61,649 bases of DNA, filler included, from Ionaspis alba (GCA_964255285.1; 11 parts of 11 records of this genome joined end to end with filler, not necessarily neighbours in it); one strand, 5' to 3'. Shown: positions 11,361-24,666, counted from the whole stretch's first letter. Translations and numbers: made by a program. The notes: generated from the sequence alone by a model not told the origin.

Positions 11361-13964
11361 GGTGTGTGGTGGGTGGGGATGGGTTTGAGGTGCTGAGTGA
11401 GCGTGCTGAGCATCGTTCGGCGATTTATGATGAGAGCGTGCGGGTGTGATAGAATTGCTGGATGTGGGGGCATGAACACCTCCGAATGCCAGGACGTAGT
11501 ATTATTGAGCGGGCTAGCGAGCGTTGTGTTAGAGCGAGCGAAGGGTATCGTGAGGAGGAAGGGATGATTGTAGTAGCATTCTTCTGTAACGCCGAGATAA
11601 CTTCAGTTCCTGAACTATGTTGTGCTTGTGGTTATGCTTCCTTCCCCCTTCTATTATCTATCCTGATTCCTACGTGTCAGACGCTCATGCTACCATAAGC
11701 GTAAGTCTTGGATATTGAGTATCGTGAAACTCGTTCCTCCGCGTGAGAATATGCAAGAGACGAACTCCTGGGGTTCAAACGTCCGAAGTCGAAACGGTGA
11801 TAACGGACGTTTCAACTGTAATCCTAAAGGCTTCATGTTTACGAAATGCATCCGATGTTTCAATCGGAATGGTCAGGAACTTTCTGTTTAGGAAAATTGA
11901 CCGATGCTTCTTCGCTTACTGGTCTTCAGGGGTAATTATGATGCTGGGGAGGTTTCTTTTGGCGTAGATCCGAATGGCGCTAAATTGTTTAGACTTGCTC
12001 GGTAGCTTCAGGAGTTCATCTGTTCCCGTAGCACTGGGCGTTCTTCCGGCTGGTTTACTAAAGCCCCGGGAGTTTGGGAATGGGGTGGTTTTGGGGGTTA
12101 GAATCCTGGTCGGGGCCATGTGGTTTGGGACCTTGGCTTGGTGGTAGATTTTTAGGTGGGAGGGGTGGAGTTGGAGCTGAGGGTTTTGTAGTAGGGGCGG
12201 CCTCTACGGTGGAATTGATGTTGTACAAGAGGGGAAGGACTGATGGACGGGAGGATCATGTACGGTAGGATCTGGAGGAGTGTAGGAATTGTTCGATACA
12301 GTGACTGGAGGAGTGAAGTGTGCGACCTTTGCAGTCAAAGATGGGGAGATAAGGGGTTGAGAAAGAGCATTGGCGGGATTTTCCATCCTCCGGAGGTTTT
12401 TGAGGCCGTCAAGCGTTTTTCTGGAGAGCTGTGTGGATGATATCATGTGCTGCTTCTAATCTGAGATCAAATCGCGAAACCTTGTGGTTTTGGATTCATT
12501 TGGACCTAGAAGTGTTAGGTAGGTGGCGTCGTTTGGTTGCTGCATGTTTTGCTTCGTGGGAATGTATGTGGCTTGCGTGGAGAAGACTCCAGGGTCGATG
12601 TTCAGCATTTGGTGTGGTCGGCTTTAAGAGGCCAGGACCCTGACGATCGGACTTACGGGATGGTGATGCCTAATCGGGTTTGGTGATATGGTGGTCTTCT
12701 AGCTGGACCAAGGCGATCTCTCCGTTCAGCCTTGATTGGCTGAGTGGTGGGAAAGTTCCGATTGATCGGTGGTTTGGGGGAGATTGAGCTTGTCACTGGG
12801 GAATTCGGGCCTTTGTTGTCGATGAGAGATGAGAAGGGGTAAAGAAGTGTGATGATCAGTGCTTTGACTGTGACTAAATGAATGAAGATCTTTGAGGTAG
12901 TATTGGACTCGACTCCGTTCAAGCAGGCCGAAGATTCTCTCCTTGATATGTGCAGTGAATTGGAGAAGGTCTGTGTGGACAGATCAATGTGAAGAGGATT
13001 GCATTAAATGGCTCTTGATTGGTTGGCTGCACAGTCAGTCACCTTCCCGGCATGGTTGCAGCCTTGCCTTGGACAACATCGCTTACTCATGCCTGACAGA
13101 CGAAGGCAGCAGAAGAGTCGAGAGTGGACGAGCGGCGATCGAATGGAAGAAACGTGGAAGAAATGGAAGACGCGTAGAACAAATCCGAGGAGACCTTGGC
13201 GACCATGAGCCCTTTTGGCAGCTGCACATCTCGTCCATCTAACTGGCCAGTGTGGTTGTCCCCCTTGCACAGAAACCAGCATGGTACTCTACTTTGGCCG
13301 GCACAACTTACGATCACGATCATTTCCCGGCTCATTATTGGCATCATTTCACCCACTCTTCTTCTTCTAGCTGGAGACGTTCTCCGTTGAACAGAAGGTC
13401 GCCGACTTTGCGGCGTTGCTGCTTGTCATCTATCCCTAGGATTACTGGAACCCCCCTGGTCATCAATTACGAGAGTCGTCGCTCTCCATCCAACCGTTCC
13501 CATCTAGCTCAGACAGTCTGCCCTATGCTACTCCAGATGCGCCTCGTGTGCATTCGTTCTCTACCTAATCCATTATGACATAATTCCAGCCTGCTCTCTT
13601 CCACGTTACTTTCTGTCTCTTTCGCAGATATTATTCATTCGCTTTTCCTTTGCTATTGTATTGTTGTCGCGTCTCTTCGGTGTATATTTATTTGCATTAT
13701 CTTGTTCCAACGGCGAAACGTTCTGGAGTAACTGTCGAATTCATACGGTTGCTGCGGACCCCACCGCTTACGTTGTCACCAAGAAAGCATGGGATATACT
13801 CTAGTTATCACCACAATCCTACTCGACATTTGTACCTATATCGCAACACTATAGAGGACGGTTCATCTGGCCAGTCTACACGACTTTTATCTCCCATCAC
13901 ACATTTTCAAAATTTCGGAAAGCAAGCGTTCAATGCCATCAACATACATCGGAACCCGTAGGAG

Positions 13965-16911
13965 ATGTCGAACTCCCACCAACCTCATCCGACATATCCT
14001 CCAAATTATATAACATCGGAACAGCCCACACACACACCATCTCCGCTCCAGAACCATACAGCTAATGGATACATGGGTTCAAATTCTGGATATAGTCCTA
14101 TGAATGCTCCACACCAGATTCCCCAAAATCAACATATGCACCAGCAAGTTCCTGGAGCGCCAATAACTCAGTACGCAGAATTCACTCTTCCGTATCAGAA
14201 CACTGGTCGAGAGCATCTGCAAGGATACGAAAGCTCCATCGATGGTCGGTTGGATTCCCCTCGTGAGATGAAAGGCCCATATACTCCACAGGGCGTCGGC
14301 TCGTTTTCGGAAATGCCAGGAGGCGGCGGAGTCCCTATAGCCTCCGCGAAGCCTCGCCGACCGAGTATCGTGAATATGGGAAAGATGCAATATCCACATC
14401 GAAACAGCAGTATGAGCGAGTCCGTTGTGACAAGTCCAGGCAGCTCGAGAGGCGTGGGTCAACGGACATCCGACGAGTCCGTACCACGTAGCCATGAAAG
14501 CGGCAACATTGATGGACATGGAGGGGACTCGAAGGTCAAATCAGAGAAGGACAAGCCTCCCCCATGGAGCGAGCTCAAGACCAAGGCCGGGAAGGAGCGG
14601 AAGAGACTTCCTCTGGCTTGTATAGCATGTAGGCGGAAGAAGATTCGTTGCTCTGGTGAAAAACCAGCGTGCAAACATTGCCTCCGATCGAGGATCCCGT
14701 GCGTCTACAAGGTTACAACTCGGAAAGCAGCGCCACGGACAGATTATATGGCAATGCTGGACAAGCGGCTGAAAAGAATGGAAGAGCGGGTCATAAAAAT
14801 AATCCCTGATCAGGATCCCGTAAAGATGTCAGATATCGGCAGAGCAAATGTGAAGCCTTCGGCTACACAAGCTCTGAAGTCTGCTGGATCGAGGAAGAGA
14901 GCTGCAGATGAAGCATTCGGGAATGAAGTAGATGAATGGGCACGAGCTGGTAGGAGTCGTCCTGGGCATACACGGCAATCTTCTGGAGCGGACCATGTTG
15001 AGAAGCGATTATTGACGGATGGTGCTGAATATCTACCGCCGAAAGAGATACAAGAGCATTTATCAGAGGTCTTCTTTGACTGCTTGTACGGGCAATCATA
15101 TCATCTGCTGCACAAACCAAGCTTTATGCGAAGGTTAAGGTATGTAGCGGTGTTCCGACAACTTTCTCTTCAGCGGGCTAAGATTTGAAAATAGAGCCGG
15201 AACGGTACCTCCTGTCCTCATTCTCGCCGTCTGCGCAATTTCAGCACGATTCTCGGACCATCCACAGATGGGCACGGAAACAGCATTCTTGCGCGGCGAA
15301 TCATGGGCAAAACCCGCGCGAGACATCGTGTTACGGCGATATGACGAGCCCAATATCACCATCCTCACTGTGCTTCTCATCCTCGGTCTTCACGAGTTCG
15401 GCACTTGCCAAGGTGGCCGTAGTTGGATGTTTGGAGGAATGGCTATACGAATGGCATATGCCTTGCAACTACATCGAGAGGCAGACTATGACCCCCTTGG
15501 TCGCAAGCAAGACAAATCATCGGAATTGAGCTCGACCGATAGAGAAATCCGGAGGAGGACTATGTGGGCTTGCTTCTTAATGGATCGATTCAATTCCTCA
15601 GGAACAGAGAGACCTACCTTTGCTCGGGAGGAGAATATCAAAGTTCAGCTGCCAATCAAAGAGTCCTATTTTCAGATGGAGATACCTGGACCTACGGAGA
15701 ACCTCGAGGGTGATGTGCCGAATCCAATATCGCCCGATGTTGGCCAGCTTTCAGACGCGAAGGCGAACATGGGAGTCGCTGCGTATCTAATCAAAGTTAT
15801 TGCTCTGTGGGGACGAGTTATCCAATACCTGAATCTAGGAGGGAAAGAGAGGGACGAACATCCACTGTGGCACCCGGAATCCCATCTGGCGGAACTGAAA
15901 GCGCAAGCCGAAGAATTCCAGAAAACTCTACCTTCAGATCTCAAATACACGCAAGAGAACTTGCAGACGTGTGCTTCGGAAAAGCTAGCCAATCAATTTC
16001 TTTTCATGCATGTGGCGTACAACCAATCGATTCTTTTTCTCAACAGATTCGCCATTCCCACTTCCCCGGGCGGAAAGGTATCCGACGAGATGCCCGAGGA
16101 CTTTGTCAACCAAGCAGCAATGGCAGCAGTCGAAGCGGCCAGTCGAATATCCTGCATCCTCCAAGACGGATCTCACCACCTCATCGCCGCACCTTTCGCA
16201 GGCTATTGCGCCTTCGTCTCAAGCACAATCCACATCTGGGCCATCTTTTCCAAGAATCAACAACTCGAAGCCTCCTCCAAGCGCAACCTCGCCCGCAACG
16301 TCAAATACCTCAACAAAATGAAAAAACACTGGGGAATGCTTCACTACATGGCCGAAAACCTCAAGGATATCTACCGCCAGCACGCCGACGCTGCCCAGAA
16401 AGGCCCCAATCACGCCAACAGCAGCAGTAGCAGTACCATGACGGAGAATAAAGACGGCAAGATCTTCCAATACGGCGACTGGTTCAACAAATTCCCCCAT
16501 GGCGTCAACACACCTGACTACGACGACCCTACCCCTGCCCGGGAAATCAAGAAAGAAGCAACCGACGACGCGGCGCTAGGTCAGAAAGCGAATCTCCAGA
16601 GCGTCGAAGATTATATCTCCAATCTCTCCCCCAAAGCAGCAGCCGAGCACCGCAAGAAGGCCACAAAACGCCACCCCAAATCCCTACCACCACAGCAGTC
16701 GCAGCCGCAGCACCCACAAGCCGGGAAACAACTCGACCTCCAGCAGCAGCAGCAGCATCCGTCACAAACTCAACAACACCTCCAGCACCACCACAGTAAC
16801 AACAATCCAAACCCCTCCCCCACAATCCTCACTCATCCCCAACAACACCACCACCAACAACAACAACCACCACTCGACCACCAACCTTACTCCCCTCCCC
16901 TCCTCTACACC
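13965..16911 (+). CDS. Zn(II)2Cys6 transcription factor with fungal-specific TF middle domain; 3' end truncated by scaffold end
   Basis: ACIACRRKKIRCSGEKPACKHCLRSRIPCVY binuclear cluster. Intron 15140-15194 (GTATGT...GCTAA...TAG) joins FMRRLR-AGTVPPVLILAVCA. Fungal_trans motif GMAIRMAYALQLHRE...REIRRRTMWACFLMDRF. Gln/His-rich tail. Confidence 0.93.
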
Positions 16912-17011
16912 NNNNNNNNNNNNNNNNNNNNNNNNNNNNNNNNNNNNNNNNNNNNTTAATTAATTAANNNNNNNNNNNNNNNNNNNNNNNNNNNNNNNNN
17001 NNNNNNNNNNN
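16912..17011. other. Artificial scaffold-joining spacer
   Basis: N-TTAATTAATTAA-N, 100 bp. Confidence 0.97.
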
Positions 17012-17292
17012 ACCAGCAGTACTTCTGTTGGACACTCACTGGAGGCCGTATCACCCCGACTCAACCTAGTATTATTGGGGTATTACTGTCGATTATAAAG
17101 TACACAAGCCTTCCGGCAGTTGCCAATTAGAGGGCAAAAGCACAAACAGTCCCGTCCAACCCTCTCGGAGTCATGCCCCTGCCACGACGTCCGTCGGACA
17201 TGATGTGACATGCACAACGACAGTGTGTCAAATTCCTGCATCTTATACAGCTACCGCTTCGTTTGCTGAGCTGAAGGCTCAAATTCACCACG

Positions 17293-18452
17293 ATGCAGGG
17301 CTTCAGTAAGCATCCTACTTTTGCCTACGATTCCTGGATGAGCTCAACTGACGTCTACCAGACATGGGACGTTATGTCCCTCCAGAACATGAGGGTACCA
17401 CATCAGCAAACAAGCTCGCCGGCAAGTAGGTCTCACTGCCTGTTCTGCAGCTCCACATACCAATATTCTATAGACATGCGCTGGGCAACCGTGCCAGAAA
17501 GTCTGGGGAAGGAATTCTCACGGTCCGCTTCGAGATGCCCTATGCCATATGGTGCACCACCTGTCCCAAGCCTACCATAATCGGCCAAGGGGTACGATTT
17601 AATGCTGAAAAGAAAAAAGTTGGCAATTACTACAGCACACCCATCTTTAGTTTCCGGATGAGACATGTAGTTTGCGGGGGATGGATCGAGATTCGCACTG
17701 ACCCCAAGAACACAGCTTATGTAGTTGCCGGGGGTGCCCAAAAGAGGGACACGGGCGATGACAAGGCTCATGAAGGAGAGATCAGGATCCGGACTGATGA
17801 GGAGAGGGAGAGACTACAGAATGATGCATTTGCCGCACTAGAGGTTAAAATCGATGATCGAAAGCAAGCCGCCACGGACAAAGGTCGGATCGAGGAACTT
17901 TTGGAGTCGAAGGAAAAGGATTGGGAAGATCCATACGCCGCCAACGTGAAGATACGACGTACTTTCAGAGCTGAGCGGAAGATGAGGGAGAAACACAGCG
18001 TGCTTGCCGAGGAGTTGAAAGATCGAATGAGTTTGTGCATGGATATTCTTGACGAAACAGACGAGGATCGGAGGAGAGCTGGGTTTGTGGAATTTGGAGA
18101 TGTTAGAGCAGGGAATGAGCTGGCCATCATCAAAGCTCAAGCAAGGCCACTGTTTTCCTTAGGATCCAGTGGTTCAACGACAGCAGAGACATCGCTGACA
18201 AATCCGAAAATACTCAAGCCAGCAAGGATCAATAGAGTCAGGAAGGAGAGGCTTCAGAATGAATTGAAGGAAAATACTCGAGCTGCTATTGACCCTTTTC
18301 TAGTCGAAAGAACGGAGACTTCACCGTCCGTGGCTGTCAAGAGTTTGAAGCGGAAACGCAAGATATCGACAACTACTATACCACGTCAGGATGAGATCAG
18401 ACCGGTGTTGGAGAAGAGTAAAGCACAGCTGGTGGACTATGAATCCGACTGA
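17293..18452 (+). CDS. SAF4: Saf4/Yju2 (DUF572) family splicing factor, CCDC130-like
   Basis: Exons 17293-17305, 17362-17425, 17474-18452 give MQGFNMGRYVPPEHEG...KHALGNRARK...VRFEMPYAIWCTTC...IGQGVRFNAEKKKVGNYYSTPIFSFRM...IEIRTDPKNTAYVV. Confidence 0.9.
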
Positions 18453-18853
18453 CTCATAGGTGATATTTTATTGCCATAAGGTGCTCGTACGACTATCGAA
18501 CTTGGCGTTGTTGGAGGCTACTGAGATACCCTTGCATATTCGGCGTTCTCGTTTTCTGATTATTCGAATTACTTGATCATACCAACTACCAATTAACATT
18601 AGATAGTTTTTCACCAGACGCTGAACCGAGTCCCATTAGACTACAAGTTATATCATCTTCTGCGGGCAGGGTATTTGATCACGACATGTCCACGCTGTTC
18701 GGAAGCAATATTGTGTCCTACAAACCCAAGCCGGCTCAGGAGAATTTTGAAACCATATTCATGACCGACATCTGCGTTCTCTGGCTGAACAACACCAATT
18801 GGTTCGAGGCGTGGGCAAGAAGGTCCATAGTTGTCACAAAAGACTGTCTTGCT

Positions 18854-21800
18854 TTAAAAAAGCCATTCTGGTTCCGCATCCTCATCGGAGGGATCGTGTG
18901 ATAGGAGTGACCCTCTATCAGCTTCGTCGTTTGCGGCAGTCGACCCCGCCTTCTCAGATGACGTTGAAGTCCCCCTTCTAAATCTGGGCTCTGGTGAGGC
19001 ACCATTTCGATGCGCTGGATCAACATGCTCATTGCGAGACTCGACGAACGCGTCCTCTGTAGGCTTTGGAATTGCCTCTGAACTGACAAAACTTGATCGT
19101 GGGTTCTCGCCTGAGTCGGGTTCCTGAAATGTTGCCTCTTTAGACTCATAGAATTGTTGCAGCATTTTGGCTTCCTCCATTTCGTCAACTGTGAGTCCAT
19201 GATACGTAGTCAATGCCATTTCTGTTTCTTTGCGTCGCCTGGGTGGTCTGATTGCCTCAATGCCGTTTCCCGTAGTAGTCTTGTCCTGGAAGCCTGTTTC
19301 GGTGGTGCCATCAAGGTCTATCCGAGTTCCGACGAGAGTGGTCTTGGCTAGCTCATCTGCTGTTTCTTTCTTGTCGTTGTCTGGTGCTTTAGGCAGGTAG
19401 CGTCGACCCTTGTAACGCATCACACCTTCGTTCATGTTCCTCTCCACGGAGTTTCCTGCCGTGCCACTGTCTTCCTGGTCTTCATAAGAGTCATGTGGTT
19501 GTTGGTATAAAAACCATTCGGCTGTAGGCTGCGCTTCCACCACCTCATCCACGTCGGGTACAAAGCCGCCACCTTCACCGGCTTCCATATCTTCATCCAT
19601 CTTGTCCAGCTCTTCTTTGGCTGCGTCGTGCTCGCCTTCGATGTCATATCCTTCAATTCTCTCTCGAATCCTTAATCCAGCCAAGAATCTCTTCCACATC
19701 CTCAATGCTTCCAGACTCCTTCTCCGATCCTCCGCTTCGGCTCTCTCATCCTCAAAGCCTCGAATAACCTCTTCAACTGCCTCTCGATAATCGGCCGCAA
19801 CAATGGCACCGTTCACAACGGCCGTTCCATGTCGACCCCTAAACTCAAAGCCAGTCACAGCGTCAGAGTAGTCTATTCCCAATATCCTTGCCGCTCGTGC
19901 AGTGTCAGAATGGCGGACATGTACACCGCCTGAAGGAACCATACTCGGCACGTAGACGTCCAGATTTCCGTAGATATTCTTCGGGACCCTCCCATTCACG
20001 ACTGGAGGAGCGTGATAAGTGCTGGTCTGAAAAGCAGCATACATTGCCATTCCAGTATACCCTTCATTGCCGGCTTCTTCGTCTTCAGATGTTGGAGCTA
20101 GTCTCCTGCGCGGCTGTACTCGTTTGAGAGGCTGTTCACCGGGCTTAAGTTCTCGACCGAGCCGATACCATGAGTCGGCACTCTTGACCGTATGGACGTC
20201 ACGTCGCCTGAAAATCGATTCCAAAACCTTGTTGCCGGCACCGGTTTCTGTTTTGCCAACATTCACCTTCCCAACCTCACGCTTTGGATGAATGACTTCA
20301 CTTCGCTTTAGATGTCTTTCAAGCGCATAGTATGGATGATTTTTGAAGTCCTGAACATTTCGTGGCATGCCTTCTGCCGCTTCTTTGGCTGCCAATTCGG
20401 CATCCTCGACCTGCTCACGGTCGAGCTCATAAGGCTTCCTGTAGATTCGAAGCACTCGCTTCCACCATTTTTCTCCACCCTTCGTCACCTCGACTCGCCC
20501 TTGCCGAGTTTTTGCATTGTACGCTTTTGCGTATCTCCGCGTCACATCTCGCGCTGAACCATCATCCTCGAACGCTATCACATAACTCAAGGCATTTTCA
20601 AGATCACTAGCTGGAGGCTCGAATTTGGACGGCTTCGCGATGGTCTTAGTGACAAGGGGGTCTATAGGCACCCACTTCTGCACCGCGGCGTTGAAGGCCT
20701 CAACCCAGTAAATAGGATATGGCGACTCTCGAACCCTTTTGGATCGTGATTCTACACATCATCAACAAAGCGATGCAAAACAGCCGAGAGCTACCGACAT
20801 ACTTTGAGGTAGCCGCGAATCGATTCTCGAGGCGGTACCTTGATGGGGTTCGGACCGACCGAGCCTTGATGCAAGTCTCGACCTTATGCGAGGCGTTGCA
20901 CCATTCGTACCTGTAGACCCCTCAGTACGGACAGAAGTATCGCTCCCAGCCTCTACACCACTATCGTCACCACTTAAAGCCGCACGGTTCTCCCGATATG
21001 AAATAACAAGTGCTGGCTTTGCCCTCTGAGATGTGTTTCCTCTTGCTGCTGAAGTGATGGGCAAAGGCTGTAATGAACAAACCAACCGCGTATCGACGCC
21101 GGTCGAGCGCAACAGAGCACAAAAGAGCTGGGCACCAATGTCTCTTGAAGCTTCGAGCTTCACTGCTATATCATGGAAGTCTGCTTTTTGAATTGGAAGA
21201 TCTAAGTCGTTCGGTAATGTGGACTAGACGCGAGTCAGCAAGTCGGAATGTGGTATGGTTGCGACGCAACATTTCAAGGCTTTTGCAACGGAATAGCAAA
21301 AACAGAAAGACAACAAAATACCTACTTGAGCGAGTGCTTCGGCGTCTTCGGCCCAGTAAGACCTACTCATACCTCTAGCACTGATCTTGTACCTGTTTCG
21401 AAATGTCTCGGCGGCCTGGCCTACGCCATCCATGAAAGATCGGGATCTTTGGAACTGCGATTGAGTCTCATCGTCGTCAAGATAAGCGCGTGTTTTCTTT
21501 GACAACAATGATCTCAGCACTCGCTGTTGTGAATCAGCTGTTGTTGTGAACATTGGAATCCGTAGCGGTACCTGGATTTCAACATCATTACACCAGTGAT
21601 TGCGTAGATGGATATGCGCCAGCAAAGTAAGAACATGCATCTTGTGTATTTCGAGTCTCAGACTACGGTCTACAGAGGTGATCGGTCTTCTTCTCTGGAT
21701 CGTAGCCTTCTCGGAAGTCCTAGTATCTCCTCCTAGAGTCAATTCGAGCTCTCTGACCTCGTCCCTAGCTTCTTCAATGATTGCTTTGTCCCGTAGATCC

Positions 21801-22162
21801 ACCTCTTCCCATTCCATTTCACTATCAGCAGAATCTTCGGAGTCGTTATAAGCAGTCTGCTGCGTCACAACTTTAGGAATTCTCGAAAGTGCCAACCGTT
21901 CAGAGTCTGCTTCAACTTCGGATTCGGCATCCCATCTGACAGGTATAGACGAGCCCACTCCTTGAACAACTATATTGCCACCGACTCGTCGTCTTTTGAT
22001 AGATTGTCCCTCATCACTCAAAAGGCTTGGAGATGATAGGGTAGCATTAGAGAGCATCTCTTGGTAGACCTCAGGCACAAGTGACTCCGCAGGTGCTCTA
22101 TTCCTCGATGATCCTTGGAGCGCTGCTGTCTTGCCACGCTTTGGGCGACCAGCACGAGCCAT
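18854..22162 (-). CDS. RAD4: Rad4/XPC nucleotide-excision-repair damage sensor (multi-exon)
   Basis: MARAGRPKRG start; RLEIHKMHVLTLLAH; SRDIGAQLFCALLRSTGVDTRLVCSLQP; YPIYWVEAFN...KWVPIDP; RDVTRRY; BHD domains FKNHPYYALERHLKRSEVI and VPKNIYGNLDVYVPSMVPSGGVH...AVTGFEF. Introns include 21524-21571. Confidence 0.93.
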
Positions 22163-22468
22163 TTTGAGAAGCGAGGCCCAAGAAGGAAATGCAAGAATTA
22201 TAAAGAAGACACATGAAGTGGATTGTAATAATAACCTAAGAGCTAAACTAAAGGATGAATGTGAAGGATAAAGCGGGTTTGACACTCGCTCTCTTGTGCA
22301 ATGCACTTTCTGGCATAGCTTTTCCAAAGGGAAGGCATACGCGGATGAGGCCCAGCACAGGATAAGTCATGAGCCCATGGTCCCGATATAGACATATCAG
22401 ACAATTCCAGGCATTGTCTCCGAGCCGCAATGAAAGGGTGATGGTTACTGATGACGCCGCCAAGCTAA

Positions 22469-22520
22469 TCGCGTCGGTCGGCCTCGGTACATTTGACTTC
22501 GAGACGGCGCGTGAACGCGT
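22469..22520. promoter_or_regulatory. MCB-like (ACGCGT/CGCG) element cluster upstream of RAD4
   Basis: TCGCGT at 22469, GCGCGT at 22507 and a perfect ACGCGT at 22515-22520. Confidence 0.35.
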
Positions 22521-22530
22521 CGGGCTTCTG

Positions 22531-22630
22531 NNNNNNNNNNNNNNNNNNNNNNNNNNNNNNNNNNNNNNNNNNNNTTAATTAATTAANNNNNNNNNNNNNN
22601 NNNNNNNNNNNNNNNNNNNNNNNNNNNNNN
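22531..22630. other. Artificial scaffold-joining spacer
   Basis: N-TTAATTAATTAA-N, 100 bp. Confidence 0.97.
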
Positions 22631-23878
22631 TGATAGAGCGTCTGAAAGAAGAGGAGAATCGCATGAAATCATCTTGACCGAAGGATTGGAGCGTGTTTAG
22701 TATCTGCCCTCCTTGAGTCACGCCGGAGCCGTCGCCTTGTCCGGTTCGCTGCCCAAGAAGCTTTGCAAAGGAGCTCCAAGCCTGTCCAACCACCACATTT
22801 GGTCAGAATTCATGCTAAAGTCTACCTTCCTGAACAATCTTCTGGATCTCGAAGAATCTACGTCTATCAGCGTCCTCTAACCTGCATCACTGCCAACTCC
22901 GTATGAGTCACAATCTTCAGTTATCTAAATGGTACCCTCTTGCTTACACCCGGTATGAGCCAGAGCAAGAGCCGCAACCGCCTCTCCTAAAGCTTTTACA
23001 GGTGGTTTCAAAATTCGCGAGAGGCCCTTAGTCAAGATCTTCCATGTGAACTTGCAAACGCAGTCTCGAAAAGGATTAAGCATCATCGTGACTGGCGCTT
23101 CTAGAGTCGCAAGACTGTCAGTTCAAGGAAGATAAAGACTTTCTAGTGGTACAGGCTATGCCACCTCCGATGTCTAGTCTTCCTAGACCTGAAGTTCTTG
23201 TGAAGCAATGGACAGGAATGTTTGGAATGTGACATTGGAAATTTGACTATCTTTTTCTTGGGCACCACCAAACTAAACTCCATTGAGGCACGATCCATTG
23301 GCAAGAGTGGTGTCCATACAAATTGAATCGAATATTACAGCGGGAAGAAGAGACCGTGCAACAAACAATGCAACCTCGAGGGAGGGGAGCAGAACGCTTT
23401 CTTACTAATTAGACTCAAGGTAGACGCACGGAGGGTTTGAGTAACAATTAAAGACTCTTTGATGTCTCTATACGGATGTATTTCTGGTTATTGAGTCGGA
23501 GTGCAGGGCTCAACACACCTCAAAGGGTAAGACGATAACGACAGGGAAGGCGAAGTCGTTTGCGGCTCGTTATGTCTTACCAATATAGTACAAAGCAGAA
23601 GGTATGAGGCCAATTGATGCCCTTATCCAAGAGACATCGTGGGGCCATTCCAAAGGTTAAGGAAGGTATGCGTAAGTTTGTATTGAACTGTTTCATGGCT
23701 TGCCCTCCTGACTGTCCCTCATCCATAGACTATCACAAGGGCCACAGCAGTGACGAAGAACATAGATTTCCATTCGTTTTATCTAGACCAACTCATGCTT
23801 GCCCTGCCAGCCATTTCCGACGACGGACATGCGCAAGACTCCAGTAACGAACCATCCATCTCCCACAAAGCTATGCAT

Positions 23879-24666
23879 TTAACGATCCTCTGGTGGTCCT
23901 GAGAACAATCCTATCCGCATTCTATGGCTCTATAGTTAATCTATTAGTCGTGATAGCAGGACATCGCAGAAGAGCATTGAGATCACTTACAAAGGGCAAT
24001 TTGGGTATCACGACCGCCAAGACCGCAAGGAAATTGATCGTGAAATACGTAAAGTCGTAGTGGGTGTAGTGGGTGCTGAGAAGGAAGAGGACAATGGGTA
24101 CGCTGAGCAAAAACTTCTTGGCTGGCGTGTACTGATCCCCGTTATCGATCTGCTCCCACATGTTGAGGTTATCGTAAGCTCCTGCGTTGAACTCGAAAGG
24201 AACTCCTTGAACGTAGTGGAACATCAAGTACGAGCCGAACATGTAAGATATGTTGGTCAGCGTCCATGACGTTTCTTGAGAGACTCCGGGAATGATGTCG
24301 TAGAAGATCTTTAGGACAGCGATTAGGATCCCGTGAATAAGCCACGCCCCTGGAAGACGAGGACGTATTATTAGCAGCTGTCCGAACCTTCCAGACCTTA
24401 CTTGCCGCGCTCCATTGTCAACACTGAGAACCGAAAGCTCCTCTTTAGGTAGAGAATCCAGCCTTTGCGCATCCAATCCACAAAGAATGAATCTATATGT
24501 CCGGTACTGCTAGAGTGTGATGAGATGTACCTTTCGCATTCACCCATTCGGCGTTCAGATTTGGCAGAACTGCTTGATCACTCATGTGCTCCGGAGACTC
24601 TAAGGGTTCCTTGTAAATCATTAAGCTGCTGGACCTTCGCCTTCGCCCCTTCTTTCCGTCGTTCAT
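23879..24666 (-). CDS. ORM1: ORMDL family sphingolipid homeostasis protein
   Basis: Exons 24666-24531, 24349-23991, 23929-23879: MNDGKKGRRRRSSSLMIY...SDQAVLPNLNAEWVNAKGAWLIHG...FHYVQGVPFEFNAGAYDNLNMWEQIDNGDQYTPAKKFL...VIPKLPFSHRMRIGLFSGPPEDR. Confidence 0.95.

Noticed and set aside
11916..12922. Pro-rich minus-strand ORF fragments with one intron-like signal
   Set aside because: I could not splice them into a stop-free model and recognised no homology.
21524..21571. In-frame, stop-free introns (RAD4 48 nt; also the last intron of the fusion gene) as regulated retention
   Set aside because: Short 3n introns without stops are expected by chance; there is no other support.
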